64,000 bases of DNA from Octopus sinensis. Its lineage: Eukaryota. The stretch lies in the NCBI RefSeq assembly GCF_006345805.1, contig NC_042998.1, forward strand, positions 120,404,001-120,468,000, read 5' to 3'. The translations under genes were made by a program, and so were the position numbers. The stretch's first letter is position 1; every line of letters begins with the position of its first letter. Below, in pieces: positions 13,601 through 27,000 of the stretch. Below the pieces are notes generated by a model. The model saw nothing but the letters and a program-made list of their open reading frames with translations, did not search any database and was not told the origin of the DNA.

Positions 13601-15393
13601 ACATACATGCATGGGTATGTGTACTCTCATAAGCATGTGTACACTTGCTTATTCACTCTCTCTCTGTATGTATATATATACATACATACACATACCCACA
13701 CATACACGTAAACATGAACTTTTTTATGTTTCTATATTAAAGGACCTCAACTTTAACACATCAATATACACACTCTCATAATATTTTACTTAACTTTTGG
13801 TTTTGAAAAACAGAAAGAAAAAGAACCAGAAAAAGCCAAGATCTTCCACAAATCCTTTATTATTATGCATGATCTCCCTATTATAACAACAGTTGTATTA
13901 TCTATTATCTGTATAGTCTTTTCTTGTTCCTTATGTTAATTAATTTTTTTTTCTGCAGGCATTAGACTGGATCCATGATTCAGGCGAGGCATACTTGTCA
14001 ACACACACGTCTGTTGGTGAAACCAGAGAAGAAACAGAGTCACTGTTAAGAGAATACTATGAGTTTCGTGGCAGGGCCAAGGTAACATTGACCATATTGT
14101 ATTCTATTTGTTATTGATGAATGTCAGTCTCTAAGTGAAGAGAGAGACATGAGAAAAGGTGTTCAGAAACCAAACAAAAGCAGTGAAATTAGATTGTTGA
14201 ACTTATTTACTGAAGTTGGGCATTAATTATGTAATCAATTTAGTGGGGGTAGTCTAGATTGTTAAACCCAGTTATTGAAAGTGGAACTGTATTGCTGGAG
14301 CTCTTTGAGATGGACCTAAATTGTTGAAGCTATTTATTGAAGGTAGAATTAGATTATTTGAACCTGTTTGCTGGAGGTGGAGTTAGAGCAGTAGTTCCCT
14401 ATCCTTTTATTTAAATGAGTTTTTCCATGGACTCCTTGTAGTATGCTTATCCTTATGTATGCATGTGTGTGTGTGTGTGAAATTTTGCATTCAGTTCACG
14501 GACTCCCAGTACTACCTTTGTGGACCACAGGTTGGGAACCACTAACCTAGAGTATTGGACCTATTTACTGGGGGTAGATTTAGATTATTAGACCTACAAG
14601 CCTCCAATGAATTTCAGCACCTGACACACCTTCCAACCAGGGAAATTTGGTGCACATGTCAGAAAGAAAAATGGCGCGATCAGGTTCAAACTTTGATCAT
14701 GTGACCAAAATAGTACCAACTGTAAGCGTGCGTGTGCAGAAGGCAGTGTGGCAATAATAAAGATATGTTATGGTGAAAGTGGGTAATTTTTTTTTACTTC
14801 CCCTCATATTTACAGGAGGTGGAGCTAATTTATTGGACCTATATCTGGAGGTGGAAGGGAATTAGTGGACCTATTTTGTAGAGGTGCAGCTAGATTATTG
14901 GGACTCTTTACAACAGGGGCAGCTCGATTATTGATCTTATTTAATGAGGTGAAGCTAGGTTGGATCAATTTACTTGCAGTAAACAGGTGTGGTTATAATA
15001 ATGAATGCAGTAAATTGTATTGTCAAACAACTAAAGTATTCAATGATTGACAAATGTTGATAACCAGCAATGTATCAGTGAAACAGTCTAAAGTAACAGT
15101 CATTTGATCCTATAATGTGAGTTTCTTTTTTTAGTTGTAGTGATTTCATTTGACTATACTTTTGTTACTGTAGTTTGTAAGTAAACCATGGTAATTACCT
15201 GTCATTTAGTCATTTCTTAACATTATAAACCTTTGTGTTTATATCTATTAATTCTGCCTTAATCAAGAGATATTTGCCCTCTCTTTTACCACTGTGTAGC
15301 TGAATATATTGAGGGCTGTCCCATTATCCCCAGTAAGTTATGCAACTGAAAAAAAGACATCTTAAAATATTTAATATAAAGAAATAATGTGTT

Positions 15394-15424
<31 letters not shown>

Positions 15425-18400
15425 TGTTTCTTTTAATTAAATAATATTTCTGAAATCAATTTTCTTGTAGGAAACTAAAGAAAATGTCAGTCTTTTGCTT
15501 CAACTGGCTGATGGTTTTGTTTCTAAAGGCACATTTCATGCCAGCAGCATCATGGCATGGTGTGCTGCTGTAGATAAACGATATAAAGACTTCTCTTCTC
15601 GCATGGAGAAATACAGACAAAAACTAGAAGGCAAACTCGGTGTCACAAATGAAGTGAGTATTTCTCAGTATAAAATACCTTTCAAAATTTGTTTTTCAAT
15701 GTTGTGGTTACTTTTATCTTTTTATGTAACTTAATAAAAGAAAATGTCTCAATTTAAATACTTCAGTTCAGTTCATTAAGCATTGTTTTAGAGAAATCTT
15801 TCTAATTCTCTATTTTGTTTATTTGTAGACTGAGAAAGAAGACAGGCAAAGTGATCCTTCAATTGAAGAAAAACTTCAACAGCATGCTCCTAAGGAACTT
15901 ACTGAAGAAAAAAGAAAGTCTGCTAGACGACGAGAGTAAGGGCCTGTTTAAAATATGTTGTACATCTTGTGCTGTCATTATTCTTAATATTGGTTTGCCA
16001 TTATTATTTTTTTTAATAGCCATGCTGGTCTTGATAGTTATATTGTTAAGGTATTAAACATTCTGATGAGGCAATCCTTAGTGATGTGATTTGTCAAGTG
16101 AACAGTGACTATGACCTTTTAAATCTGAAGAACACAGCAGGTACCACAGTATGGTAAAGTTCACTATACACTGTCCATGGCATTTAATTAACAACCTGAT
16201 CCATATAACTTCCATGAGTTCTATAGTTCACCGCTGTTTAACTTACTACACTTAAAATAATTAAGTTTTTTGTTGACTTCCATTGCTAATTGTGTAGATG
16301 TATATTTAGTGATTAGAGTGTGAGACTTACAATCATAAGGTTGGAAATTTGATTCCCAGATGAGGTAGTGAATAGTGTTCTTCAGCAAGACACCTGGCTT
16401 CAAGTTGCTCCAGTAAATTCAGCTACCAAGTACCGGCCTAGTGCTGGTACACCCTTCTTTACCTCCAGAGTCGTATCCCAGATTTCAACTGGATTACCAA
16501 TGGGTGGATAGAGAGAATGTTGTCTGTTCATGACTATCTGATTACCTGAAACAATTAATGAACACTTAGTACATATTGCCAAGCCATATATGCTTGCAAG
16601 TCTAGTTTTCTATTGCTAATTCTTCTTACATGAAAACCTAACTGCAACAACAGACCAGTGAAGATTTATATTTCACATTTACTTTACAATCTACTAGAAT
16701 ATAATTGCTAGCACTATGGACCATTATGATTCAGCAGTAATAGAGGAATAGTCTTTAAGAATATAAAGAGGAAAAAACTGCTCTTGGGAGTGTTGCATAA
16801 TTAAACTTGCATCATCTTAACCTCACAGGCTGAATTCATTCACAGATTGATACAAAATATCCTCTTTCAGTTTCATTTATGTTTGTGTGTGTCTGTCTGT
16901 CCACGCACGTGTGCATGCACACACACACACACACGCGCGCATCTGGTCATCCCATAGGTAGCGTCCAGATTTTAAATAAGGAGAGCAAATGATCAAATCT
17001 TACATTCTAATGAAACTTAATCATCAGTATATTTTCCATGATTATTTATGACATCTTTCCATCTACTTGTAAGCTTTTTAAACCTATTAGTGAAAAACTC
17101 TTTCAGTTTTAAAGAGAACTCTGAAAGGTCAGTTTCGACTTCTTTAGTTGTTTCGAGAGTTAATCCATCCAAAAGATTCTGTAAACTATGAAACAAATGG
17201 TAATCTGAAGGAGCAGGATCTGGGGAATTAGGCAGATAAGCAATTTTCTCACAAACAAGTTCCTTGATTTTCTGGGATGTGATCTTTGCAGTGTGGCATC
17301 TTGCATTGTCTCAATGAAACACCACTCTCTTTCAATTCTCTTTTTTCTTCAAAGTAACATTCAAATGCTCTAATTGCTGACAGTAGATTTGAGCATTGAT
17401 CTTTGCATTAATTGGTACCAACTCAAAGTGGATGACTACTTCGCAATCCCACCAAACACAAAGAAGAACCTTCTTTGCATGGAGTTCCCTTTTCACCAAG
17501 ACAATGTCTATGATGTTTAACATTTTGATGAAAGACCTATTTTTCATTACTGGTCACCAGTTTGTCCAAAAAGGGTGAGATGAGTTCACAAGAATGAAAA
17601 AAAGAATAGATGTCCACTTGGGATTTGCAGTTGGCTTCAGACAAATCATGAGGCACCCATTTTCTGAGTTTTGAAACCATACCAAACTGTTGAAGATGGC
17701 GATGAACAGTTGTATGGCTTGAGCAAAGCTTGCTTGCCAATTCTTCAACTGAAACTGTATGATCTTTTTTAACTTCTGCTAAAAGGAGCTTGTCATTAAA
17801 CTCAATTGGACATCTTGTTCAGGCCTTATCTTCAAGGCTGAAATCTCCACCTCTGAATTTTACAAACCATAAGCTGAGTGAATATTTCAAGTCACTTCAA
17901 CTGCAGGGTTCCCCTTTTTTAAACTCATAAAGCATTATGTGCCTGAAATGCTCCTTAGAGACTTCCATGTTTGAAGAGCTATAATTAGTGAAATTTCAAT
18001 TAGCTTATCCTGCAAAATGAAATTTGATTAGTTTAAATTCTGTCCAAATACTTATAAATATTACTTGATTCCATTAGACATTCTAAAATTCTGTTAAAGC
18101 GTTTACAAATTGAAAATATAGAAGTCTGGACATTAATTATAGGATGACCTGATATTACAAAGGAGAAGATGAGATTTTATTCTGAAGATTTCTCATTTTA
18201 TTTGCTGAAGTTATTTCAGTTTCTTTTTAAAAGAAACCACTGCAAAAACTTGTTGAAGATATTTGTATGTTTTGATTTATTTACTTTCAGATTTATCATG
18301 GCTGAATTACTACAAACTGAGAGATCATATGTGAAAGATTTAGAAACTTGTATGAAGGTTTGTGCTTCATTTCATATCTTTATTTTTTCCATTGAGAAAT

Positions 18401-21400
18401 TAGCCTGTATATAGTCATTCAGTCTGCTACATACAACAACCAAATTTTCTTTCAAATTACACTCTACTATCATATCATGTAGTTCACTACATCTTTGTAT
18501 GACAGGGACTGCTGGAATGCCCTTGATCATATGCTTCCTCTGTCAGGATTAACTTGGGCCTAGATAATAATGATTGTTAAAATTTGATAAAATGACTAGC
18601 TACTGGGAAAACTTCTACAGGGTCACCCTAAGTAGCAGCCAGATCTCCTCCAAATCACACTTAGGACACATGTTAGATAATCTAGTCTTAGATATCCCCT
18701 CAATGCAAAGGTCATAGATGGAATGCCTTTGGTTTGCTCAATCGAGGTTGACCTGAGTTTTGTAACTCAGTGCCAGCAAGTGAGCTATGTGAACCATTGA
18801 GAAATGCAACAATGCTGTAAATTACTATGCAACAACACTATAAAGCACTATGCACAGCACTTTAAAACACTACATATAAGAATTCTATAAAATACCATAC
18901 ATGACAACACAGTAAAAAAACATACATAACATTTGCTTTCCATGCTGGCATGGGTTAGACGGTTTGACTGGAACTGGTAAGTCAGAGGGCTGCCCCAGGT
19001 TCCAGTCTGATTTGGCATGGTTTCTACAGCTGGATGCCCTTCCTACCACCAATCGCTCCAAGAGTGTAATGTGTGCTTTTTATGTGCCACCAACACAGGT
19101 GCCATTTACATGGCAATGGCCAGGGTGCTATTCACATGACACCGGCCATGACTATGATTTTATTTGACTTGACAAATTTTCTCAAGAACAGCATATTGCC
19201 AAAGGTCTCAGTCACTTGTCATCACCTGTGTTAGGCCCAATATTCAAAGAGTATGCTTTACCACCTCATTCATGCCTACCTCTTTCATAGGCTCCCTATG
19301 CAGTTAGAGATCAGCTATAAACTGTAATTTACAACTACACTCTAAGCTACCACACAACTATGCTACAAACCATCATGCAACAACACTGTAAGCCACTGTG
19401 CAGCAACCCTACAAACCACTGTACTACAGCACTTTTAAATACCATATGACAATGCTATAAACCACCATACAACAATATTATGAATAGCCGTACACAGCAA
19501 CACTATTAACCAGTTGTATAATATTGGTTTCACATTTTGGCACAAGGCCAGTAATTTTAAGGGAGTGGGTAAGTTGATTACATTGACTGCAGTGCTCAAC
19601 TGATACTTATTTCGACAGCCCTGAAAGAATGAAAGGCAAAGTCAAGCTCGGCAGATTTTGAATTCAGGATGTAAAGATGGATGTAATGCTGCTAAACATT
19701 TGGTCTGGCACACTGACAGTTCTGCCAGCTCACAACCGTCATATAATATTATGAAATATCATATTGTTGTGGAAGGGATCCAACCACCCCTCAAGTGACT
19801 AAAAGGTGGACTGACTCATTGTTATAAAACAAAGAACTGTGAGTGATTGGCATTTTGGGTTGGTTAGCAGTTCACTGTGAGCCTTTGATATAGAGCATTG
19901 AGTATCGTGTAATAGTAATAGTAGTATGTTGTGTATATACTTTCTAACCCCTGCTTCATTGTATTATATATCCAATATAAGGATATAAAACATGCATAAC
20001 TCTGTATAGCATCATACAACAACAATATAAAACACCATGTTCAACATTGCAAAGCAGCATACCACTTCATAAGACAGCATACATAACTCTATAAAACATC
20101 TCATATAACATTATATCACACAACATTATAAAACTGCTTACCTAATAACTGCTAAAATAACATACATACCAACACTATAAAGCATAACAATACTGCAAAA
20201 CACCACTCACAATGCTATAAAACCTCATCATAACAACATAGTACGCTGTACATATGTGACTGTTAATGTACCTGTTGCCAACATACAAACTTCCTTCATA
20301 CTTTTCTTCATATTTATATTAAAGAAGCAATTAATCTATGTACACCTGGGTATTGCTGTTTCTAACCTGGTACAATGTGCACCTTTCTAACTTTTACAGT
20401 CATCATTATTAGCCGTGAATTAACCTGTTTATTATCTTTCAACATTCTCTCCCAACAGCCCACATACTAACACGTGCACGTGTACAATGTTGACTCATAC
20501 ACAAGCATTCACATATCTACATACCTAATCAAATAGGTAGACACGCACAAAGTGTTTGTTACAAGCACTGCAATGTAAGGGAGGCAATTAGGCATCCAAT
20601 TAAACTACAATTATAAGAATGTCTGCCTGCCTCCCTTTAGATGCTTAAACTGAAACATTTTTCTTTCTTTCTGAGTAACATATTTATTTATCAATCTACT
20701 TCTTGAAGTATTCAACCAAGACTTCAGTGATATGTTTACAATATTTTTTATAATCAAAATCTTTTGTGCCATGAAATATACATAAGATAAAAATACTTTT
20801 AAGTAAGAAGGTATACTACACTAAAATGTGTTTTGGTAGAATTCTTAGATAGATATAGGAGTTAACAGACAAAATAGATAATAGTAAAAGATCACTATCA
20901 CATAGAATCATTGTACAGGTTGTGACATTAATTATATACAGTTGGAATCAGTTTCTTTCAAGACGTATGCAAAACGAGGTTAGAAGTTGCTCCTCAACAA
21001 AGTAAACAGTAAAGATCTTTATTTAAAAGAATGTAATATCTTAAAGGTTGGATTATGCTCTGAGTTTTTTGTTTTGTTTTCTTTTCTTATTTTGTATTTA
21101 AGAAAGTTTAGAGAATGGGGAAGTAAATATTTAAATGATATTAACCAACATTGAATAACCTCACTTGTTGGTTAGGAAGAATTGTTGTTGTTATAGACTT
21201 TCATGAATTGTATAAAGTCTGGAGAAATGGAACTATATCTAGATTAGTAGCCTGGGGAGATAAATGGTGATTTGATGATCTGAAAAGCTGAGAGAAGTAA
21301 AGTAAATAGCCTTTGCTATGTATCTGTCTGGCAACTGACCAGAACACGCACCTGCTGCAGGATAAAGAGGAGAGAAGAAAGAGAATATGAAGTTATTAAG

Positions 21401-22211
21401 AAGATTTGAAGCTGGCTATTTACCCATTACTTTGCTCTAGCCGTATGTGATGAAAGGGAACATCAACTGTATTGATCTCACCACTTGGAGGGCAGCTGGA
21501 CATGTAATGGCCTCTCATAAGCATTTTCTGTCATTAGATTTTGTATGTACTAACACAGAGTAAAAAGTTGGGGAAAGCATCAATTTCTCTCTTGTAGCAA
21601 AATTTCTTTTTACATTGTAAAATAATTGAAAAAAAAAAAGGAATAAAATTAGAAGTATTTTTTTTTTTCAGCTACTTAGTTTTCTGAAGTTGTTATCTGT
21701 CTCCTCATTGAAAATTGCCAAAAGCTCCTCAAAATTGTTTACCATTTGTAATGATTTTTTATATCTTTCTCTTTTCCAGTATTACATGGGTGAAATGTTA
21801 AATCAACAAAATAATATTCCACCTGGCATTGAAAACAAAACTGATACAATATTTAGTAATATTAGAGAAATATATGAATTCCATGACAAGTATGTTTCAT
21901 TTTCATTATTCTTAGTATTTTTCATTTACCATAATTCTCATTATCTTCACCAAGATACTGCTTTCACTTACCTAAGCAATTACATCTTGCAGACATTTAG
22001 TTTTGTACCTTTATTTGTTTATCTTCTCATAAAAGATCCAATGTTTTTACAAATTATATCTGGAATATATTTTGGCATCTGAGAAGAGTTCACCTATGTT
22101 TTTCTAAACATTGTTTATTTTAAGTGAAGGCTGTATTTGCTTTGGTCTCAGTTTTAAATCAACACCAAGTTATATACATAATAATTCATCATAATTCATC
22201 TCTCTCCCCTC

Positions 22212-22263
<52 letters not shown>

Positions 22264-24025
22264 AGGACACATGTAACATAATGGTTTGGGTGTTGGGCTC
22301 ACAATTGTTAGGTTGTAGGTTCAATTCTCAGATTGGGCAAAACACAACTTGTCCTCAAGTAGTTTGCTTTATTTCTTGTTGCTTCAGTCCACTCAGCTAA
22401 AAATAAGTACTAGCAATTGCTGGCATTGAGGCATGTTGTACCCTCAGTCACTTAGACACCATGGAAATTTTGGTGAAATGGGTTTGTGTGTGTGTATGCC
22501 TATCATCCTTATCATTTAATGTTCATCTTCCATGTTGGCATGGGTTGGGTAGTTTGACAACATCCTACCAACCAGAGGACTGTGCCATTTCTAGTGCCAA
22601 CTATTTTATAGATTGCTTTTTTCATGACACCAACATTTGTGAAGTTGAGAAGAAACTCACAAGCCAAATGTAAAAGATACTTTAACCAACTGGGGTTGCT
22701 ATATAAAAAAAGAGGGTTTTGTGCTAAGTGTTGAAAAGCTAAAGTATGATTGAGGGACAGGCCCAAGTATGTTGCTATTAAGGAGATACATGGCTACCCA
22801 ACATTGTATAGAGACGAGTGGAAGTAACTGGAACAGATATAAAGTCAGTACTGATGTACTGTCAGAGCACACTCTCAAGATGCAAGAAGTGAGTGTAACA
22901 GAATACAGACAGAGGATTGGAAAAGGGTGGGTCACTAATGTCATAGGAGTGAGATTAACAGATAATAATAGAGATATGGGTAGAGGTGAGTGCAATGAAG
23001 GATGAAGAAGGTGAAGTGGATGGAAGAAATAGGAATGGCTCAAGGAGGAGGTGTTAAGTGGCAGCACTTATAGAAGAGCAGTGTAATAAACCTGTAGATT
23101 GATCAGAAAATGGGGAGATGATGTGCAGGGTGGGCCAGTAGGGGGTGAGATGGATTGCAGAGGTAATTAAGGTGGCTACATTGATTGAGAGATAAAGGTG
23201 GTGATGGTAAACAACTGATACAAGAGTGTGCTAAGAATTACACCTATAAGAGGGTGCTAAAGATGAAACATAGCAATCCAAAGATGTAGCTCAGAGGAGA
23301 GGGAGTGATAACTAGCAATACAGAAAAGGGTGATCAGTAGAAAATAAAGTGGAAATGAATGACGTTGAGAATGAGAGATGAATTGTTTTTAAAAAGTGGT
23401 TCTGGTGAGAGGGAGGGATAACTGATAGCACAAAAAAGGGATGAAATATCTGTAGAGTCTGCTGTCATATGACTACAGCAGCTGAATAGTACCATAGTTA
23501 GAAGGGTGGAGGAATGAGTGTTATGGAGATGAGAGTTGGGGAAGGTGTGAAGGCAACAGATTGAGAGCACAGGCAGCACCCATGAGTGTTTAAGCTCAAG
23601 ACAGTGCTGTGCTGGATGGGTCTTCTCAAGCACAGCAAAATCGCCAATCATCTTAGTCCTTTGTCATCTCCTCTATGAGGCTCAACATCTTGTGTGTGTG
23701 TATAGCCATATAGCACAATTGTTGATTAGATTTCTATTTGATATTATGCACATATTCACTCATTCATTTTATGTTTGTTTCTCCATACTGCACAAGTTAG
23801 ACAAATATGCTTTGAGGTATTATTTTACAGCTGAATGCTCTTTCTGACACAAATCCCTACATGTTTTTCAAATAAGAGATCTTTTATTTTGTGCAACTTT
23901 GAAGGCACAAAGTGAGAAGACAAGTTATTGACAAGAGAAGTGCCAACAACACTGCATGAGTGTCATAACTTTCAAATAATCAAGTGCAGATATGAACAAA
24001 CTCATACACTTGCATGTGCACCCCC

Positions 24026-24064
<39 letters not shown>

Positions 24065-27000
24065 GGGTTCCTGTTCAGTTTACCTGTACCAAATCCACTT
24101 ACTAGGCTTTGGTGAACCTAGGTCTATAACAGAAGACACTTGCCCAAGGTGTTGCAGTGAGATGGAACTGGGAACGACACAATTGGAAAGCAAATTTCTT
24201 AACCATACAGTTTTGCCTGTCTCTGCATCAATGAATTTCACATTTACAAGGATTAAATAGACTGATAGAAAATCTAATTACAATTCTGTTCAATAATATA
24301 AATTATTTTCCATCTTAAAATGTTTTTCTAATCTTTGAAATTTTCACTGTCCAAAAATATTAGTCCAAGAAATATTTAACTCATCTGTTTAATTTATTTC
24401 AGCATACTGTCATATTTTCACACATTCACACACACACACACACACACAGAATATATATATATATATATTTCTTTTCTTTTATTCTTAGAACATTCTTAAA
24501 AGAGTTAGAAAAATATGAGACTATTCCGGAAGATGTTGGGCATTGTTTTGTCACATGGGTAAGTAATATCTCACTAGCTTCATTATTTTTTTCAGTTTAA
24601 CATAGATAACTTCTCTGAAAATGAGTACCAGATGATTGCCAGTGCAGCTCTTTCTCCCTCCAGCTGTCACATCCTGACTGTTCTGCTGAGTCAAATGAGA
24701 GAGAGTTGAGAGGGTGTCCGTGTTTGTTCATTACTACACAGATACCTAAAACAATTAGCAAGTGTGGTACATGTTTCTAGATCATATTAGCTTGCAAGTG
24801 ATGGCTAAGATAACTTGAAGTTAAATTTATTTATTGAGAAAATGATAAAAATTTAAGGATTCAGTCCATACTTCAAAGTAATTTTGGAGCAACTACAGCC
24901 AATTTAACTCTTGTATCTTGTTGATCTATGTACAATAATACTCAACCTACAATTGTTTTATCCATCTGTTATAAACAAGTTGCAGTTGTCGCAACCATCT
25001 GTTATAAGCAGTTCTTTTAGTAGTTACTTTTATAAATAAATAATTGTAGCAACCCACACTTTTTACTTCTTCATTTACCACTTAAAAACATTAAAATCAT
25101 GAAACCTTGATTTGTACATATAATTTAGTTTTCATTAAAATACAAAATTTTTCTTTTACAGGCAGAAAAGTTTTCTATATATGTACTATACTGCAAAAAC
25201 AAGCCAGATTCAAGTCAGCTTCTTATGGAACATGCTGGGACTTTCTTCGAGGTACAATCATTTTGACTTTTGTTTGTTAGAGTAAATTTCAATATCTTGA
25301 AAAAAGAATTCCAAAAACGAGAACTAAGAAATTGTGTTTATATGCTTGTATCTCTAAAATCTATATAACTTTTCTTCTTATCATAACGAGGCCTTTTCTG
25401 GCATGAACTACCTTAAGAATTCTTACTACATGAAATAAAGGAGGGGAGGTTAGTTAGGAGAGAAAAAATAAAATGGAGGAAGAATGATATATAACAGAAG
25501 AATGAATTTTCTTTGTTTCACATTGTTGACATGTTAACTGCCAACATGTTTATTGTGAAACATTAGGCTGAGGTCTGTAGTTATTGTTTAACCACTGTGT
25601 AAATAGTATCTAATGGATTGGGGCATTGGGGAAGCATCAGGTGGAAAGCATGCTAGAAATTTTATATGAACAGATCTAGAGTGGGTAGGAACACATCTTT
25701 ATTTCAGAAGCAATTATTCAAAATCAATTTCTGTTATTGATATATTTGATACAAGGATTCCTTCATTCCTGAATGAAATGGTTTAGAATTATTTCTGCAT
25801 GACATTGTGTATATGTGAGGAGGTTTTATGCAAAGCATTTAGTTGGAGGACATTGCAAATTGTAAAAATATAAGACTTAGTATCAGCTGGATAGATGTCA
25901 TGATAGAAATATACTCACTATGTTAAATACTCTTGGTAATTGTACATTTTTCCTTCCACTTCTTTTTTACAGGAAATACAACAAAAACATAAACTGAGTG
26001 AACCATTATCATCGTATTTGATCAAACCAGTTCAAAGGATCACGAAATATCGATTGCTTCTAAAGGATTTGCTTTCCTGTTGTGAAAATGATACTGGAGA
26101 AATTAAGGTAGGCTTCTTCTTTCTATATTCAATCATTTCATGAAATAAACTTTTTGTTTCCTTGATCAGTTTTATTGTAACTGTTTTTGCTCATGTTTCT
26201 GTAATTTGTAGTTTTTCACTTGTCATCATCATTTTTGTCTGTTTCCCTTGCTGGCATGGGTTGGATGGTTCATTATGGTTTAAGTCAGATCTACTATTCT
26301 ATGTTTTTGAGATGAGTAACTATGTACATTATTTACAATAGACAAATAGGTGTCTTCACCTTATTTGTTGTTTCCACAACGTTTTGATGTACTTTCCAGC
26401 CTTCATCAGGTGTTCTGATGGAATTTCGAATCCAACCCTTTATTTGACTAATGGGGTACTCTATTCTCTTTCCTAAGGTATTCTTTGTTTTTTTTTTTTG
26501 TTTTTTTTTTTTGCTGTTATTATTTTTTGTTGATGTTATTTCCCAAGTCCCTGCCTGAGATTGAACTTATCCACTATGCTATATGCCTATAAACAATTAT
26601 AGAGTGAATTTTTGGGCCTACAAGCCTAATATTTTATCTTTTCTTAATAGTATTCCATGTATATATCAAAGTATTCCACATATATATTGGCTATTACTTG
26701 TGATAATGGCAAACCCATAGCTAAAACCTCTTTCTGTCGATATATATATATTAGTATCTACTCTGAAGTAGGTAAGTTTCTATGCAGGAAGTCAACATTT
26801 CCATCATGTTTCCTATTGGTATACTAGTGTGTTCTTTTAGAGAGGTGTTCGTCAGTTGCTTCATCGCTATCAACTGATGAAGCAACTGATAGTGCTTCAT
26901 CAGTTAGGACTTTGATAAACAGACTTATCACATCTAGACTCACCATCTGGTTGGATCCAGTGGGAGTATCCTTGAACAATTCAGTGAAGTGAGTGGAATT

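Larger units (their letters stand above)
18790..20240 (+). repeat. Degenerate ~22 bp C/A-rich minisatellite (near ACAACACTATAAAACACCATAC) split by nested insertions
   Basis: Unit visible at ~18800-18925, ~19320-19510 and ~19990-20240. Confidence 0.65.

Noticed and set aside
14185-14975. CRISPR-like repeat-spacer array
   Set aside because: The context is a eukaryotic intron, the units are degenerate and contiguous without unique spacers, and there are no cas genes. The same applies to 29215-29298 and 43915-44150.
19765-19992. Solo LTR (TG...CA, 228 bp)
   Set aside because: No matching 4-6 bp TSD (ATAT vs TGCA) and no second copy in the window, so it is left unclassified.
24620-24720. E-box (CAGCTG) and AP-1 (TGAGTCA) cluster as an enhancer
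   Set aside because: Short motifs are expected by chance in 64 kb, and no independent support is available from sequence alone.
26874-26905. CTGATGA as a third hammerhead core or a snoRNA C/D box
   Set aside because: There is no downstream stem II or GAAA. It is coding sequence (TDEA) of the Penelope RT duplicated by the micro-inversion.
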